A stretch of DNA of 64,000 nucleotides from Felis catus (GCF_018350175.1 NC_058368.1:50283815-50347814), one strand, 5' to 3'; positions 35,940 through 50,809 are shown, numbered from the stretch's first letter. Translations and numbers: made by a program. Notes: a model not told the origin generated them from the letters alone.

Positions 35940-37760
35940 CTCTAGATTTTAGTGATTAACACAGTAGAAGTTGATTTTTCTTTTATGTAAATTGCTCAGG
36001 TGTGTGTTCTTGATGGTTGTGTATCTTTCCTCCATGTGATAATCCAGGGATCAGGCAGCTCCCATTTTATAACTCATCTATCCCCTGGGAGCTCTTTGTC
36101 TTTGAATCAAGCTGGCTAAACCAAAAGAAAGCCTGCTTCTTCAAAACCTTGGTCTGCAAGTCATAGGCATTATTTTTTTTTCTCATTCCATTAATAAGAA
36201 ATTGCCACATGGCCACATAAAATGGAGGGAACAGGAGGTATTGGCTGTTGGGGAAACACAATATTTTGCTTGCCAGATAACCATCTTTGCTAGAGTCTGG
36301 CTACCAATGTCCATTTGTACCCTTTTTATTCTTTTTTTTTTTTTTTTTTTTGAGAGAGAGAAAGAGAGAGAGAGGAGAAAGAGAAAGAGAAAGAAAGAGA
36401 ACAAGAATGAGAACAAGAATGAGAAAGAGAAAAAGAGAATCTTAAGCAGGCTCCGTACTCAGCACAGAACCTGACCTGGGACTTATCCCATGATCCTGGG
36501 ATCATGACCTGCGCCCAAATCAAGAGTCGGACATTCAACTTACTGAGCCACCCAGGTGCCCCTCTACCCTCTATTTTTCTCTATATATAGAACCATTTTA
36601 CTCTGTCCTCAATAGAGATAGCCTAAATTCCCAATTTTATTCCTTGAAACATTTCAAAATCCAGTGTCCCCAGAAAATGTCAATCACTTGTATCAGATCT
36701 AGATATGGCTCTTGAAAGTTTAACAACTTACAGACTAAAAGACAAATTCCTTTATTTCCTGACACCTTTCTATGCACACACATGTACAATGTACAATGAT
36801 GGAGAAGAGGCACCCCATCTAGAAAGAGAAGAACTGAGAAACACAATAATTACTGGCTTGGAGCGGTGATAGAATCCTGATGACAGGATTCTGTCTAAAG
36901 AGAAATTTCCTTATTTAGGAACTTGATTTAACTCTGGGAGAAACTTTTGTTCATTGCTTTCCAAAGCCACTAGCACTATCTTCTTGTCCATTATCTTCCA
37001 TGGGCACACTTGAAGCGGGTGTTGGTGAATATATCATACTTTGTATTTGCTTATGTTTTCCAGCAAACATCTGCCTATTTAAGTTTGCAAGGGGGAGCCC
37101 TTAGAATTGTTTGAAAATCTTAAAAGTCAAAATCTTTTTGACGATATGCTGTGATGTCTTTGACCAAATATCTGTTATGAGGTCAGACCTTATAAACTTT
37201 TCTGCCTTGCTCATAAACCAGCTAACTTTTGCCTGAGCTTATCTCTTTCTTATAATGTCTTGCTAAATCTAGTATTTATTATCCCAACAATATCTTATTC
37301 TGGATTTTTAAAATTCTTCTACAATCAAATTCTGGATTAGTTCTATCTGCTGTGATAAATAAAAGCCCAAATTTAATGGCTTACCACAAGCAAAAGCTTA
37401 TTTCTTATTCATGTAACAGCTCCTGGCTGGTGGGAGACTTTCTTCCATAAGCAGTTTCAAAAATCTTGGCTCCTTCCATTGGTCCTGCCATTTCCCAGAA
37501 CCGGCCAACAGAAAGGAAAGGGCCCAGGGAGAAGCTTATGTGCTCATGTGCTATACAGACTTTCAAAAGTCTGTATAGATAGTAACACATACATTCCACT
37601 CACTGTCTATTGGGAAAAGTTACAGACATGGGCCCCCTCTAGATAGTTGCAAGTGCCCCTGGGAAACATAGTATATGGTTATGCATGGGCTTCCTCACAA
37701 CAATTCTGTAATGTGGAAGGGGAAGGAAAAATTTTGGTAGACAGTTGCCTCTCTCTACCA
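35940..37760 (-). mobile_element. Old MaLR (MLT1 group): LTR-like, internal-like, LTR-like
   Basis: Similar blocks at ~35940-36290 and ~37335-37760 (ttaacacagtagaagttgatttttc / ttaccacaagcaaaagcttatttc; ctcattccattaataagaa / cactgtctattgggaaaa; gggaaacaca / gggaaacata). Confidence 0.45.
36326..36562 (-). mobile_element. Can-SINE with expanded purine tract
   Basis: Long GA-rich block, then gagaatcttaagcaggctcc...gagccacccaggtgcccc. Confidence 0.92.
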
Positions 37761-39026
37761 CATTTGTGAGGAAGCAGAGATAAATTATCTGCCACACTGG
37801 GCTATTTTGCTATTTCTTCATTTCAGCTTTAGTCAAAAAATGTTTATTTCAGAATTCTTTCTGTCTTTAAAAGTCTTCTCATTGACTGGAACCAAGGAAG
37901 ATGTTTTCATTTCTCTTTTCTTTTTAATTCTTTGTGTTGTCTCTAACTCAATAAATAGAGCAGTTATTCGGGGTCCTATTTTATTAGTTGTAAAAAATGA
38001 AACTTGTTTTAGTGCTGAGAACCTAATTGTAGAAGACCCTTTTAAAAAGCTCATGATGCTTTCTCCTCTCTTTGGGAAAGTTTTCTAATATAAGACCCTG
38101 GTCCTTGGTCAAGGGTACTAATACAAACTGAGCTACACATTCTCTTTTTTAAAAAATTGAAATATAAAAACAGTGAGACCTAGTGTTTATGATTGATAAG
38201 AGCTGAGTCACTTGAGTGGTAGTTTTCTAGCAATAAATGTGTCCTTGAAATCCTGTGCTGAGATTCTTGGAGCTGCCTTATTTTCTTCCTTTCTTGACCT
38301 TTTTTGTTCAACTGCTTCTGTAACATCTTGATAAATAGCAACACTCTTCCCATAAATTCTCTTTTGTATTTAATCTAGCAAGAGTGTCTATTGCCTGTTG
38401 ACTACAACCCAGAGACCCTTAATTAGTATCCCAGGGAAGCATATTTATTCTGGGATCTTCAATATCTGTCCAATATCCATTGGCATTTTGAAGATTTTTT
38501 TTCTCATTAATTCTCACATTAATGGCTTAGATTGACTGTGTTATACCATGGGCTATATGTCTTTTCAGAAGCCCAAGAAGTGATTTCTTAGAACTAGATG
38601 GATGTCAGCTACTCTGTTCAATAGTGTGAAGTTCACTCATATTCTGCCTGTCTTTTCGTTAATAACATCATGATCATAGGAAAATAGGTAACAACGCTTT
38701 TTTGGGGATAGTGGCATTAGAGAGAGTAAATATATTGCTCAAGGCCATATAATAGGTAACTGATAGAGATGGTATTTTAATCCTTATCTGCAAAACTTCA
38801 AAGCCAAAGTTCAAGACCTCTAGATATAGCCTTTTACATGCCATACATTTAAATAGATGCTAGGAGATTGAAGATACAATTTTTAAAAACTCTGCTCTTT
38901 GTTCTTTAAAGTCCTATGGTTTATCAGTAATTAGGCGATATCAATATAATATGGTAGGTAAAGGAGAGAATTACCCTGAGGACTATGGAATGTGGAAGAG
39001 GAAACTAGCATCCCCATGGGTGGGTG

Positions 39027-39978
39027 TATATGCTATCTTATTAACTACTTTCTGGTTGTTTTGTAGTTCCATTGTCCTTTTCTGTTTCTCTTGCTGCCTA
39101 CTTTTGTTAATTGGTGGTTTTCTGTGGTTATACCCTCTGATTCCCTTCTCTTTATTTTTTGCTTTGTGGTTACCATGAGGCTTACATAAAATATCTTATC
39201 AGTCCATTTTACACTGATAGCAATTTAACATTGATCACATATAAAAACTTTACTCTCTTTGCTCCTCCCTCTTATATATTTAATGTCACAATGTACCTCT
39301 TTTTATATTGTGTATTCATTAAAAATTATACTAGTGATAGCTATATTTAATACCTTAACCTTTGTAATATAGTTAGGTGTTAACACACCATCATATTATA
39401 GAATCTGACTATGTATTTACTTTTACGAGCGTGTTGTATAATTTTGTATGTTTTCATGTTATTAATTAGTGTCTTTTCATTTCAGTTTGAAGAATTCCTT
39501 TCAGTATTTCTTGTAAGGCAGTGTTACTGCCAATGAAGTCCCTCAGCTTTTGTTTGTCCTAACTTCTGGGTAGAATATTGGCTGGCAATTTTTTTTTCCC
39601 TTCAATACTTTGAGTATATTATCCCATTCTCTCCTGACCTGTAAGGTTTCTGCTGAGAAATGTGCTGATTGCCTATGGGGAGTTTCTTCATAGGTTACAA
39701 TCTTTTTTTCTCTTGCTGGTTTTAGGATTCTCTCTTTGTCTTTGATTTTTGACAGTTTCATTCTAATGTGTCTTAGAGAAGATCATTTTGAATTGAAATA
39801 ATGGGTGCTCTAGTAGCTTCATAAACTTGGATGTCGAAGTCTCTTCCCAGGTTTGGCAAGTTCTGAGCCATCATTTCTTCAAGTAAGCTTTGTGTCTTCT
39901 TTTCTCTCTTCTCCTTCTGGAACTCCAGGGATTCTGATATTGCTTCTTTTGATGGTGTTCCATAGACTATTCAGGGTT

Positions 39979-40010
<32 letters not shown>

Positions 40011-41540
40011 GTTTTTGCTTTTTCACTTTTTTTTGTCTGTTCTCCTCTGAGTGGGTTATTTCAATGTTCCAATTCTCTAACTTGCTAATTCTGTCTTCTG
40101 CCTAATCTATTCTGATATTGACGTTTTCTATTACATTCTTCGTTTCATTCATTGATTCTTCAGCTCCAGAATTTCTATTTGGTTCTTTCTCTATTTCTAT
40201 CTCTTTGCTAAATTCCTCATTTTGTTTGTGTATTGTTTTCCTGATTTTGTTGAATTGTCTTTCTATGTTTTATTGTAGCTCATCGAATTTCCACAAAACA
40301 GCTATTTTGAGTTCTTTATCGGGTAAATCACAGATGTCTGTTTCTTTGGGTTTGGTTGTTGGAGGATTATTATGATCTTTTGTTGATGTCATGTTTCCTT
40401 GATTCTTCATGTTCTTTGATGTTTTACATTGTTGTTTTCACATTTAGCAATGTGAAATCAAATGGCAGTCACCTCCTCTGATCTTTACTATCTGCCTTCA
40501 GCTGAAAGATCCCTTTTGTCCGTCCTGCTTATGTGCTGGGGCTTTCTTTGACCTTGTATGGATACACCTGCTACACTATTCTTGCTCTCTCTTACAGTGG
40601 AATTTTAAAGCTTGCAGAGCTTCTTTCGGTTTTACAAGCCACCAGGCTGGCTGTTGGTAACTTCTTTTGTTTTCCCAAAAGTGGTGTTACAGCTCAGGAT
40701 TGTGGTTTCTCCCTTGCCTGCAGATCTTGGCTTGTTTTCTGTGTGCCCTCCTTGTCTATCTGAGCTTACTCTCACCACACCCTCAGGGGCCCACATAAAG
40801 ACCTGGCTGCAGAGTTGAAGGAGGTATGGGTTTGGCACTTAGGGCCTTAGGTGTCTCCACGACCAGATGGGGAGATCCTTGGGGGAGAGTTTCCTAGCAG
40901 CTCATGGGCAGGTTTCCTGCCAGAGTCTAGAACACTTCAGCAGGATCCATGTCCGGTTAGTGTCATCTGATAATCTTATCTACCCATTTTCCTATCTCCT
41001 CCATCCTTCCAGTCATAGAGCTCTTACTTTAATGCTCTGGGCCTTTCAAGAACAGAATGAGTTTCTTTAGTAGCATCCTGTATGGCTGGGTGCTCACTCA
41101 CCATCCTTCCCTTTTTTCCCCATAGGAGGGAACCCTGGCCTCTTTCTGTAAACTGTGCCACCTTTGTAGGGAGGGATGCTATAGGCAAAGTTTCTCTTAC
41201 CACTCCAATGGAGTGTTGAAACTTCTCCAGAAAATTGGATTTCCACAAATGCTCTTGTCTGTGGGTATCTGCCCAAGTCAGTGTTTCCAGGTGCTTCTGG
41301 AGTATAACCGAGAGGGTCCAGAGCCAGCTCACAGGCTGCTAGTTCCAGCCCATACTGGGATCTGTCTGCTTATTACCCAATTCACAGGTGGACTCCTCCT
41401 GGGTCCCTTAGTGTTCTGGATCCCACAGCTTTCACAGAGACACTTTTATTCATGCCTAGATGCTGAGTTTTAGATGTTAAAGAAGGAACAAAAATGAAGG
41501 ACGTCTTCTACCACCATGATGCTGACATCACCTCTCTCCA
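39027..41540 (-). mobile_element. L1 5' half (5' UTR, ORF1, inter-ORF region)
   Basis: ORF 39543-39761 KIKDKERILKPAREKK..FSAETLQVRREWDNILKVLK matches L1 ORF1p. Confidence 0.85.
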
Positions 41541-41572
41541 TATTTTTGATTATTGCTTTAAGAAATAATCTT

Positions 41573-41792
41573 GGGGCACCTGGGTGGCTAAGTCAGTTGA
41601 GTGTCCAACCTCAGCTCAGGTCATGATCTCATGGTTTGTGGGTTCTAGCCCCGCATTGGGCTCTGAGCTGACAACTCAGAGCCTGGAGCCCACTTCAGAT
41701 TCTGTGTCTTCCTCTCTCTCTCTGCCCCTCCCTCACTTGTGCTCTCTCTCTCTCTCTCTCTCTCTCAAAAATAAATAAACATTCAAAAAAAG
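41573..41792 (+). mobile_element. Can-SINE (first of a tandem pair)
   Basis: ggggcacctgggtggctaagtc...(CT)n A tail. Confidence 0.95.
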
Positions 41793-41804
41793 AGAAATAA
41801 CCTT

Positions 41805-41929
41805 CGGGTGCATGGGTGATCACTTGTTAAATGTCTGATTCTTAATTTCAGCTCAGGTCATGATCTCACAGTTCTGTGAGTTCGAGCCCTACATTGGGCT
41901 CTGTGCTGATAGTGTGGAGCCTCCTTGGG

Positions 41930-41975
<46 letters not shown>

Positions 41976-42061
41976 CCTCCCTCCCTCCCTCCCTTTCTCT
42001 CTGTCCCTCCCCTGCTCATGCTTGCTCTCTCTTTCAAAATAAATAAATAAACATTAAAAAA
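41805..42061 (+). mobile_element. Can-SINE (second of the pair, long CT tract)
   Basis: More decayed head cgggtgcatgggtgatcac; (CT)n at 41932-41972. Confidence 0.93.
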
Positions 42062-43893
42062 AGAAATAATCTAAAAGTGGGATAATTAAATCTAAGAGAA
42101 TAATGTAGTTTCACCCTTTTGTTTATTTGGTATTTTTATTTTCTTTCCAAGTAGACTGTATGCTCCTTGATGATAATTCCAAGTCTTGTTTGTAGATGAG
42201 TCCTCTTCATCATTGAAAGAATAGCTTGCACTTAGCAGGCAGAGGAGCCATCACTTCAATGTTCTCCATGTTAACTCCATTTCTCCATGGAAGAAATTGA
42301 TAATTTATATATCTACATCTAGAGCAGTACATGGTCTATGGTAGATGCTCAAAATCTGTTGAATGAATGAATAATTCTAACTTAAGACTTGGATTAGACT
42401 GTTTATTGATGGGTGAGGTCACTGTGTGATCAGAAGCATGACCCTATGCCCTTCTTCTCTTCAACGTGATTGTTTCTGGGAGCTGGAGGTGTATATATTG
42501 AGTCAGGCAAAACTTTTGGCAATAGGCTAATTATTTAAATTTCCTCTCTTTTTTGAAGCCTGCCTGACTTAGCTGCTCATCATCCTAAGTTTATTTATCA
42601 TGAGACTGGCCAAGTAATTTGGATTCTGATTTAGGACAAGGTAAAAGACATGCTTTAGAATCTGGCCAGAACTGTGGCCACTAAGCTTTTTTTTACCATG
42701 TCATTCTGTGTTAGGGGATTATGTTATGACTCAGATTATGACAAAATTGTGGGTTCCCCCTCCCCAACATTGGTCAGTGTGTATGTGTGTGTTTCCACAT
42801 GTCTCAGGAACCATGAGGAGGGAGAGGAGAGATTTTGTGGAGAAAGATTCAGGCATTCTTAGGCATTGGCTGCAATACAAGAAATCTTGTTTTTAACAGT
42901 AATCATGCAAAATCATTTTCGACTTTAATACATTTGAATCCTGACAAGTTTAGGATCAGAATAAATTAGACACCACTGTGAATCAGTTTGGAGGGTTATG
43001 TAGGGTAGATGCAAACCTAAGCAAAAAGTTATTTTAGAACGAGTTTTGTCTTAGCATGTTTTGGAGAATATCCAAGTTTGAGTGAAAAACAAAATGCTGA
43101 AGTAAATTAGTGCTGAAATTGAACAGTTTATATGTCAATTATCATCAAAATAATCCTTCAGCCTTTTTCTTTTTAAATTCTTCCATTGGTAACTTAAAAT
43201 TTCACACTTAGATCTCCTCAGACCGTTTGCTCTGAGTAGATCTTTGGATGACTTTGTCTTTTTACAAGATTTCAGGCACTATGGAGTCTGCCTTGAACAC
43301 AGTTGGATACCCCCACCTTTTTTTTTTTTTTTGCATCAATCGTATAAGAGAATGTTCCTCTCAACTTAGAAGGATTAATAACTTTCTGCATTCTACCTTT
43401 GTTTATAGAAAGAGTAGATTAGAAAAAATAAAACCAGATTGAACTGCAAGAGACTGGCCTATTTCAGCTCCCATGACTTTCTCTATGGTTGTCCCCATTT
43501 CAACTGGACCCTCAAGGCTAATATTGGTCAACCTTGAAGTACATCAGGCAAGGACAGAGGGGCTTTGAGAATGGGTCCAAAGGAGCTCAGAAGTTAGCTT
43601 GAGCATTAAAAGAGGAGTACTAAAAGATTGGAGAGGAAATGATATGATATTCTGAAGGAAATTGCACTTCCGTTTCTCTCTTTTTGCTTTGTGACCTTGG
43701 GTAAGTGGGGTGTGGGAGATAAGAAAATACTGCGGCAACGTTAGATTTTTATTATTAAATTTAAAAGTTTTGAAAATATTACCCTGAGGATAAAATTCTG
43801 ATCTAACTTTCTCTACTTTAACATAGGAATTTTCCAGTTCCCCTTTTTACAGTCAGAATGTTTCAGGTGATTTTTTTTTTAATAGACGATACT

Positions 43894-45229
43894 ATTTATT
43901 TATTTAATACAATTTATTGTCAAATTGGCTAACATACAGTTGTAAAGTGTGCTCTTAGTTTTTGGGTTAGATTTCTGTGGTTCATCATTTACATACAACA
44001 CTCAGTGCTCATCCCAACAAGTGCCCTCCTCAATCCCCATCACCCATTTTCCCCTCTCCCCAACCCTCCCATCTACCCTCAGTTTGTTCTCAGTTTGTTC
44101 TCTGTATTTAAGAGTATTTTATCGTTTGCCTCCCTCTCTTTCTGTTTGTAACTATTTTTCCCCCTTCCCTTCCTCCATGGTCTTCTGTTAAGTTTTTCAA
44201 GATCCATATATGAGTGAAAACATGTGATATCTGTCTTTCTGTGATTGACTTATTTCACTCAGCACAATACCTTCCAATTCCATCCACATTGCTGCGAATG
44301 GCATGATTTCATTCTTTCTCATTGCCAGGTAGTATTCCATTGTATATATGAACCACATCTTCTTTATCCATTCATCAGCTGATGGACATTTAGGCTCTTT
44401 CCATAATTTGGCTATTGTTGAAAGCGCTGCTATAAACATTGGGATACATGTGCCCCTATGCATCAGCACTCCTGTATCCTTTGAATAAATTCCTAGCAGT
44501 GCTATTGCTGTATCGTAGGGTAGTTCTATTTTTAATTTTTTGAGGAACCTCCACACTGCTTTCCAGAGCAGCTGCACCAGTTTGCATTCCCACCAGCAGT
44601 GCAAGAATGTTCCCATTTCTCCACATCCTTGCCAACATCTGTTGTTTCCTGAGTTGTTCATTTTAGCCACTCTGACCAGTGTGAGTGACACTGAGATATA
44701 CTAGTATCTCAGTGTGGTTTTGATTTGTATTTCCCTGATGAGGAGTGACATTGAGCATCTTTTCATGTGTCTGTTGGCCATCTGGATGTCTTCTTTGGAA
44801 AAGTGTCTATTCATGTCTTCTGCCATTTCTTCACTGGATTATTTGTTTCTAGGGTGTTGAGTTTGGTAATTTCTTTGTAGATTTTGGATACTAACCCTCT
44901 ATCTGATATGTCATTTGCAAATATCTTTTCCCATTCTGTCGGTTGCTTTTTAGTTTTGTTGATTGTTTCCTTTGCAGTGCAGAAGTGTTTATCTTGATGA
45001 AGTCCCAGTGGTTTATTTTTGCTTTTAATTCCCTTGCCTTTCGAGATGTGTTGAGCAAGAAATTGCTGCAGCTGAGGTTAAAGAGGTTGTTACCTGCTTT
45101 CTCCTCTAGGGTTTTGATGGTTTCCTGTCTCACATTTAGGTCTTTCATCCATTTTGAGTTTATTTTTGTGTGTGGTGTAAGAAAGTTGTGTAGTTTCATT
45201 CTTCTGCCTGTTGCTGCCCAGTTCTCCCA
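43894..45229 (-). mobile_element. 5'-truncated felid/carnivore L1 (ORF2 C-terminus and 3' UTR)
   Basis: ORFs 44891-45280 (INSKWMKDLNVRQETIK) and 44197-44691 ([32 protein letters not shown]). Confidence 0.95.
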
Positions 45230-45619
45230 TGTGCTTATTTTGGTAAAGTATTGAAAGTTTATTCTTACCAATAAGCACAATAAAGATAGGTAGATTATAT
45301 ACTTTTGTTTTTAAATGCTATTTTGGTATTAACAAATTCTGAAATCTGTGATGCTTACCAATAAGGAACATAGGTATAGTAACAGTTTTCTCATCTTTTA
45401 GTCCATGATGCACAAGAATTTTGACATAAACATGTAGATCTTTCAATAGGTGTGCATTTTAGAAGATCATATAGAATAAACCTTATAATAAATCTTATAT
45501 AAGCTAAAGGGCATTTCCAAATCCATTTAAGTTACCTTGAAAATGGACACATCTCATTTTACTCAATAATGAAACACCAAGAATAGCATATTGCTGTGTG
45601 TGAGAGTGTTACATATTTC

Positions 45620-45840
45620 TTTTTTTTTTTTTAACTTTATTTAACATTTGTTTTTGAGAGGCAGAGACAGAGTGTGAGTGGGAGAGGGGCAGAGAGAGAG
45701 GGAGACACAGAATTGGAAGCAGGCTCCAGGCTCTGAGCTGTCAGCACAAAGCCCTATGTGGGGCTTGAACCCATGAGTGGTGAGATCATGACCTGAGCTG
45801 AAGTCAGATGCTTAACCGACTGAGCCACCCAAGCTCCCCC
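45620..45840 (-). mobile_element. Can-SINE
   Basis: TSD agagtgtta(c/ag)atatttc. Confidence 0.95.
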
Positions 45841-47234
45841 AAAGAGTGTTAAGATATTTCAATAAATGGAGATACAATGGTTTGCTGAATTCTATCTTAA
45901 GTGATAGCTAGATAAAAATCTAAATGAACTGAGAAAAAATTAGTGCAATTAATCAGACCCTGAGAAAAAGTTTTAATAGAATCCATTTTCCCTCATTTAG
46001 CCAAACAACTTTTTGTGAGGAACACCATATACAAGGTGCTATGGCTAGAAGCTGTGTCACAAATCCAACTCTCAATGTGTTTACTCTCAAATTAGGATTA
46101 CTGACAGATTTGCATATAACTAATTTTTCATTTTATTCATTTTTTTTCTAGAAGGCCTAATAGCATATCTGTATTTATTGAATATATTTCTTGGGATATA
46201 GTTCAAATATAATACATAATAATAAACAAAATGCATATTTTTGATTTAATAATTTGGATTGACTTGTCTAATAATTTGGAATTTCCATTGGGAAGTGAAA
46301 TGTTATTACCCCCTCCCCCCCCCCCCCCAAAAAAAAAGCCTACAATAGATTTCATCAACCTTTTGGATCAATTTTTTTGACTGAATGAAACAAAATGTTT
46401 TGACTATCTTAAGTTAAAGTCATCTAGTAACTTAGAGTTTATGTATTAAACAAGAATTTTTGAGCCCCTATTAAATAAATAATAAGGCTAGATATTGAGG
46501 ATGAAGTTAGAAATGCTTTCAAAAGAACCCTAGAAAAGTGTTTAGTCAACACAACTTGTTTAAATTTCATATTAAATTACTCAAGTGTCAGTGAGATTCT
46601 AATAATAAATAATCATCTAAAATATTTATGTAGGTTTGTATACTAGTCCTTTCAGGCATGTCTAGCCTATGAACAGCCATTGCCTATGTTTGTAAATTGA
46701 GGGGTCCCCAGTTGTAAATAAATATCTTTTTTACTGTCCTACCAAAACTCATTGTCTGCCATTAAAGCCATATTACTTTCCGTTATTGGTTTAATTTCAC
46801 ACGTATTTACTGAATTCCAATTATGTACCAGCCACTGTGCTAGATATGTAGACGACCTAGAGATTACTTAAGACTACAAGAAAATTATTAAGCTTTGTGA
46901 ATCCTTGGAGTGAACACACTCCTCCTGGGAGGATGCACTGACTTTCATCTGAGAGCAAGAGGGAGAAGAGAGTTGTGCCACAGATGTTAGGAGGAAGGTG
47001 TGATAGTTGAATCAGAAACCCGGAGGGGGTTTTTAGGATACTAAGCTAAATTTAATATTTGAAAGAAAATATTGTTAAGTATCTCATTTCATTTAATGTA
47101 GTGATTTAGTATATTTAAGAGTTCAATAATTTGCAAATTGAAGAAACTGTAAAAAATTCTCTCCTGTCTTTGATAGTTCTAATATGATTTACAAACTTAA
47201 AAAATTTACAAACTTTAAAAATTAAATGCAGTCT

Positions 47235-47443
47235 AATTTTTTATTAATTGTTAATGTTTTATTATTTATTTTTGAGAGAGAGAGAGACAGAGCGTGAGTA
47301 GGGGAGGGGTAAAGAGAGAGGGAGACACAGAATCCAGAGCTCTGAGCTGTCAGTGCAGAACCCAACATGGGCCCGAACCCATGGACCACGAGATCATGAC
47401 CTGAGCTGAAGTCAGACGCTTAACTGAGTCACCCAGGCACCCC
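47235..47443 (-). mobile_element. Can-SINE
   Basis: SINE body ending cacccaggcacccc. Confidence 0.92.
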
Positions 47444-50127
47444 ACAATTGAATTTTTTAATTGAAAAAGAATAAAGTTTCTTGGTATTTAAATATATAAT
47501 AATCAAATAGCTCATTACAATGTGAACAGAATAAAAACTGTCTCTTAACAACATGATGCCACTACTAAATTTCTTTTGCAAATAATAGACTATTTAGAGA
47601 TAATGTGATTCAAATGCATTGAATTTGACATTGAATTTATAGTTAGCTTGTAACAGTAAGATCATTCTCACTCCATTTCCATTTGTTTCTATGAACTCTT
47701 GTTGCATAACTTCTAGTTCATCTTAAAGTCATCAGTTCTATATATTAAAAAAATTGAAAGTCATATTTCAGGAACAGTACAGTTATATTAGATATTCTGA
47801 CTTTTTGTTGTTTACATTATAAGAAAACCCATCAATTTCTCTGAATTGTGTCAGCCAAATTGAAAAGTCTAAAGGTATTAAAAATGGAGAGACAAAAGCT
47901 CCCTGCTTATATTGAAGTTTTAGCTCTCAAATTAATAATATTCTGTTTTCTTTTCTTGAAAGCAAAAGAAATCTGGACATATAAATGCACAGATAAGTTA
48001 TCCTCCTGTTGGGTGATTAATGTGCATTTTATTAGCTCTATAAATATGAACTTACATAATAGATGCTAATGGTTTTGAATAAGTTGTTAAGGCCCAACAG
48101 GTCAGTGATCCATGGTGTCTAAATTCCTTAAACACATATTTGCATAATTTACCTTTCAAAAATTTCATAAATGCATATTTATAGGATAGACTAGGGTTTA
48201 ATATTTATTGCCAATTCTATGCTTCATAGTATAGAAACCACATTAGTTTATTGGTTCTTGCACACAAACTCCAGGGACATTTTTGACTGTATTAAAATTT
48301 TAATCAATCAGAAGCCAACTAACTGGAAAACTTCAGATATTTAGATTCTCCCGTTAAGGTGCATGTTGTGCATAATAATTGTATAAGAGGCACTTCAGTA
48401 AATATGTATCTCATATCTACATACTTGCTACGTACACTGTGTTGGAAACTGTAGTTACAAATTGAATAAGGCATTGACTCTTGGCTGAGCTCTCATTTTG
48501 TTGGTTAAGTTAGATAGGTGAGCTGATAATCTAATATAGTTTCATTTTTCTGAAGTTCAATTTAAGAGCAAGAGAGAGGTATAGAATAAATATTTTGGGA
48601 TAGAGTCTTTATTTAAAAGTTAGTGTCTACACTATGTTCTAGCATCACCAAAACTTTTGTCCTTTCCTGGACTCTGCTTGCATTTCCATCTACACTACTC
48701 CACTGTGAAAATTACCAGCCAGAGCAGTATGTTCTCTCTCACTGGTGGCTGTGACCCTGGCTCATCTCATTTTCCTTTTCACATTGTTAAAAAAATCTCT
48801 CATCATTTTCTCATAAATTGAGAGTTTAAAAGCATTGCTAAATTCCTAGGGATGTTAATTCAAATCACTTCACTTCAATTCAGTGCCGTGGCATATAGTG
48901 TGGTTCTGATTAGTGCAGTTCACATCAACTCCCCAAATGGTTTACAGTGAGTAGTGATTGGCCTTCAGTCTTCTGTCCATTTTTTTCTCTTGTGATCATG
49001 GTGGAAAACCAGGGAAAACTGGCATGCACATCTGTAAATATATTGGCTTCATGATATGTGGTATGTTTGATATAGGTAACCACTGACCTTGTCTTTCTTT
49101 ACAGCATTCAGTTTTTGTGGAATTTTCTTCATTAAGACAGTGGTCTAGAAATTTTTACATCTTAAAATTTTATATCTTAAAATTATACCTAAAACTATAC
49201 CTTAAAATTATATATCTATATCTACATGAGTCTTTAAATATATTTAAATATATTCAAATAGAAACATATTCAAATATATTCATATATACGTGTACACACA
49301 TATATGTATATATACAGACACACATCTATATCTCAGTCTCTGAACAAAGCACATTATAATCAACATAACTTAAAAATATTTTTTATTCACTGGTTTCTTT
49401 TTAATCCTTCAACTCCACTCACTCCCAAATGCTCCCAATTTCTTGGTCCCTCATACTCTCCCCACCACCACCCTCATTTTCAAATTCTAATTCTTTCTGC
49501 AAGTGGAAACTTCCAGTGTTTTAATGTTATTGATAAGTTCCTGGTAAACAAATTCTACTGTAAAGATTTTTATTTCAAACTTTGTTAAATGTGTGCAGTT
49601 CAATTCACCTCAACAAATGTTGTTCTATTGTTTCCTCATTAGTAAGAAAAATACCATAAATATTGGGTTTTTAAACATAATTTAAATTATTGAGCTTCTG
49701 TGTCTTCACTGGCGAAGATGTGAAGAAAGACACACCAGGAAGATATAGAAAATGTCAGCTCCCTTTCTTCATTGCAGAATTTGAAATTCTGTGCCTGCAA
49801 ATTTTTGACTTAGAAATGACAGGGTTGAAAATTTTAAGGTTGGGAAGTCTTTCAGGAAAAATAAGGCATTTGTTTGATAGTGTCATACTAAGTTTTAAAT
49901 CGTAATTCCATGCTTCTGTCCTGGTTTCTAGCAACTTGGATGGAGGGTGAATTTGGATAGGAGGGCTGTCAGCAGCATGCAGAATAGGAGATTCCTGAAT
50001 AAGACCTAGAGTACAGGCCATGATTCCAAGTTTCTTGTCTAGCCAAGGCCAGGTTAGATTCACAGCAGCAGCCTCCTTCATTTTCCTGACTGCTCAGAAT
50101 TGTCATGAAAATCAATGTCTGCTTCTT

Positions 50128-50188
50128 TTTTTTACGTTTATCTATTTTAGAGAGAGAGAGAGACAGAGACAGAACACAAGTGGGGGAG

Positions 50189-50225
<37 letters not shown>

Positions 50226-50358
50226 CACAGAATCCGAAGCAGGCTCCAGGCTCTGAGTGGTCAGCACAAAGTCTGACACAGGGCTTATACCCACAAACTG
50301 TGACATCATGACCGAGCTGAAGTCAGATGCTCAGCTGACTGAGCCACCAAGGTGCCCC
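50128..50358 (-). mobile_element. Can-SINE
   Basis: TSD tca(a/g)tgtctg(c/t)ttctt. Confidence 0.95.
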
Positions 50359-50809
50359 TCAGTGTCTGTTTCTTATGGAAGAACCCACACAAACTTGCTG
50401 AGATTTTCTTGCTTATTGTATTTTGCAATATTTACTCTCTATTTTTTTCTTATTGCTTTCACTGTCTAATCTAGAAATGACAAGACATTGACAGGTGATG
50501 CAGTGACACCTTTTAATCTTCTTCTGTCACTCTTTAAACTGTTATTTCAAGATTATTTTATTCACCTGCCATTCACCTTCTCATCTAAATTTCAGCTTCT
50601 TTCCACATATTTAATGCACCATTTTTCAGAGGAAAGCATTTATGAGGGATCCTTTCAGATAGCCAACATATGAAATTTCTTTTGAATTGAAATACTTTTA
50701 GGTTGTTTTATGCACTTCCCACCCCTCCCTCGGCAGACCATCAGTGACTGGGAAATCAAATAAGAGCAAAAGAATAAAGTTAATCAAGAAAATTCTGAAC
50801 CAACTATCC

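Noticed and set aside
46309..46337. C run followed by an A run as a retrocopy tail or G4
   Set aside because: No upstream element or TSD; simple homopolymers.
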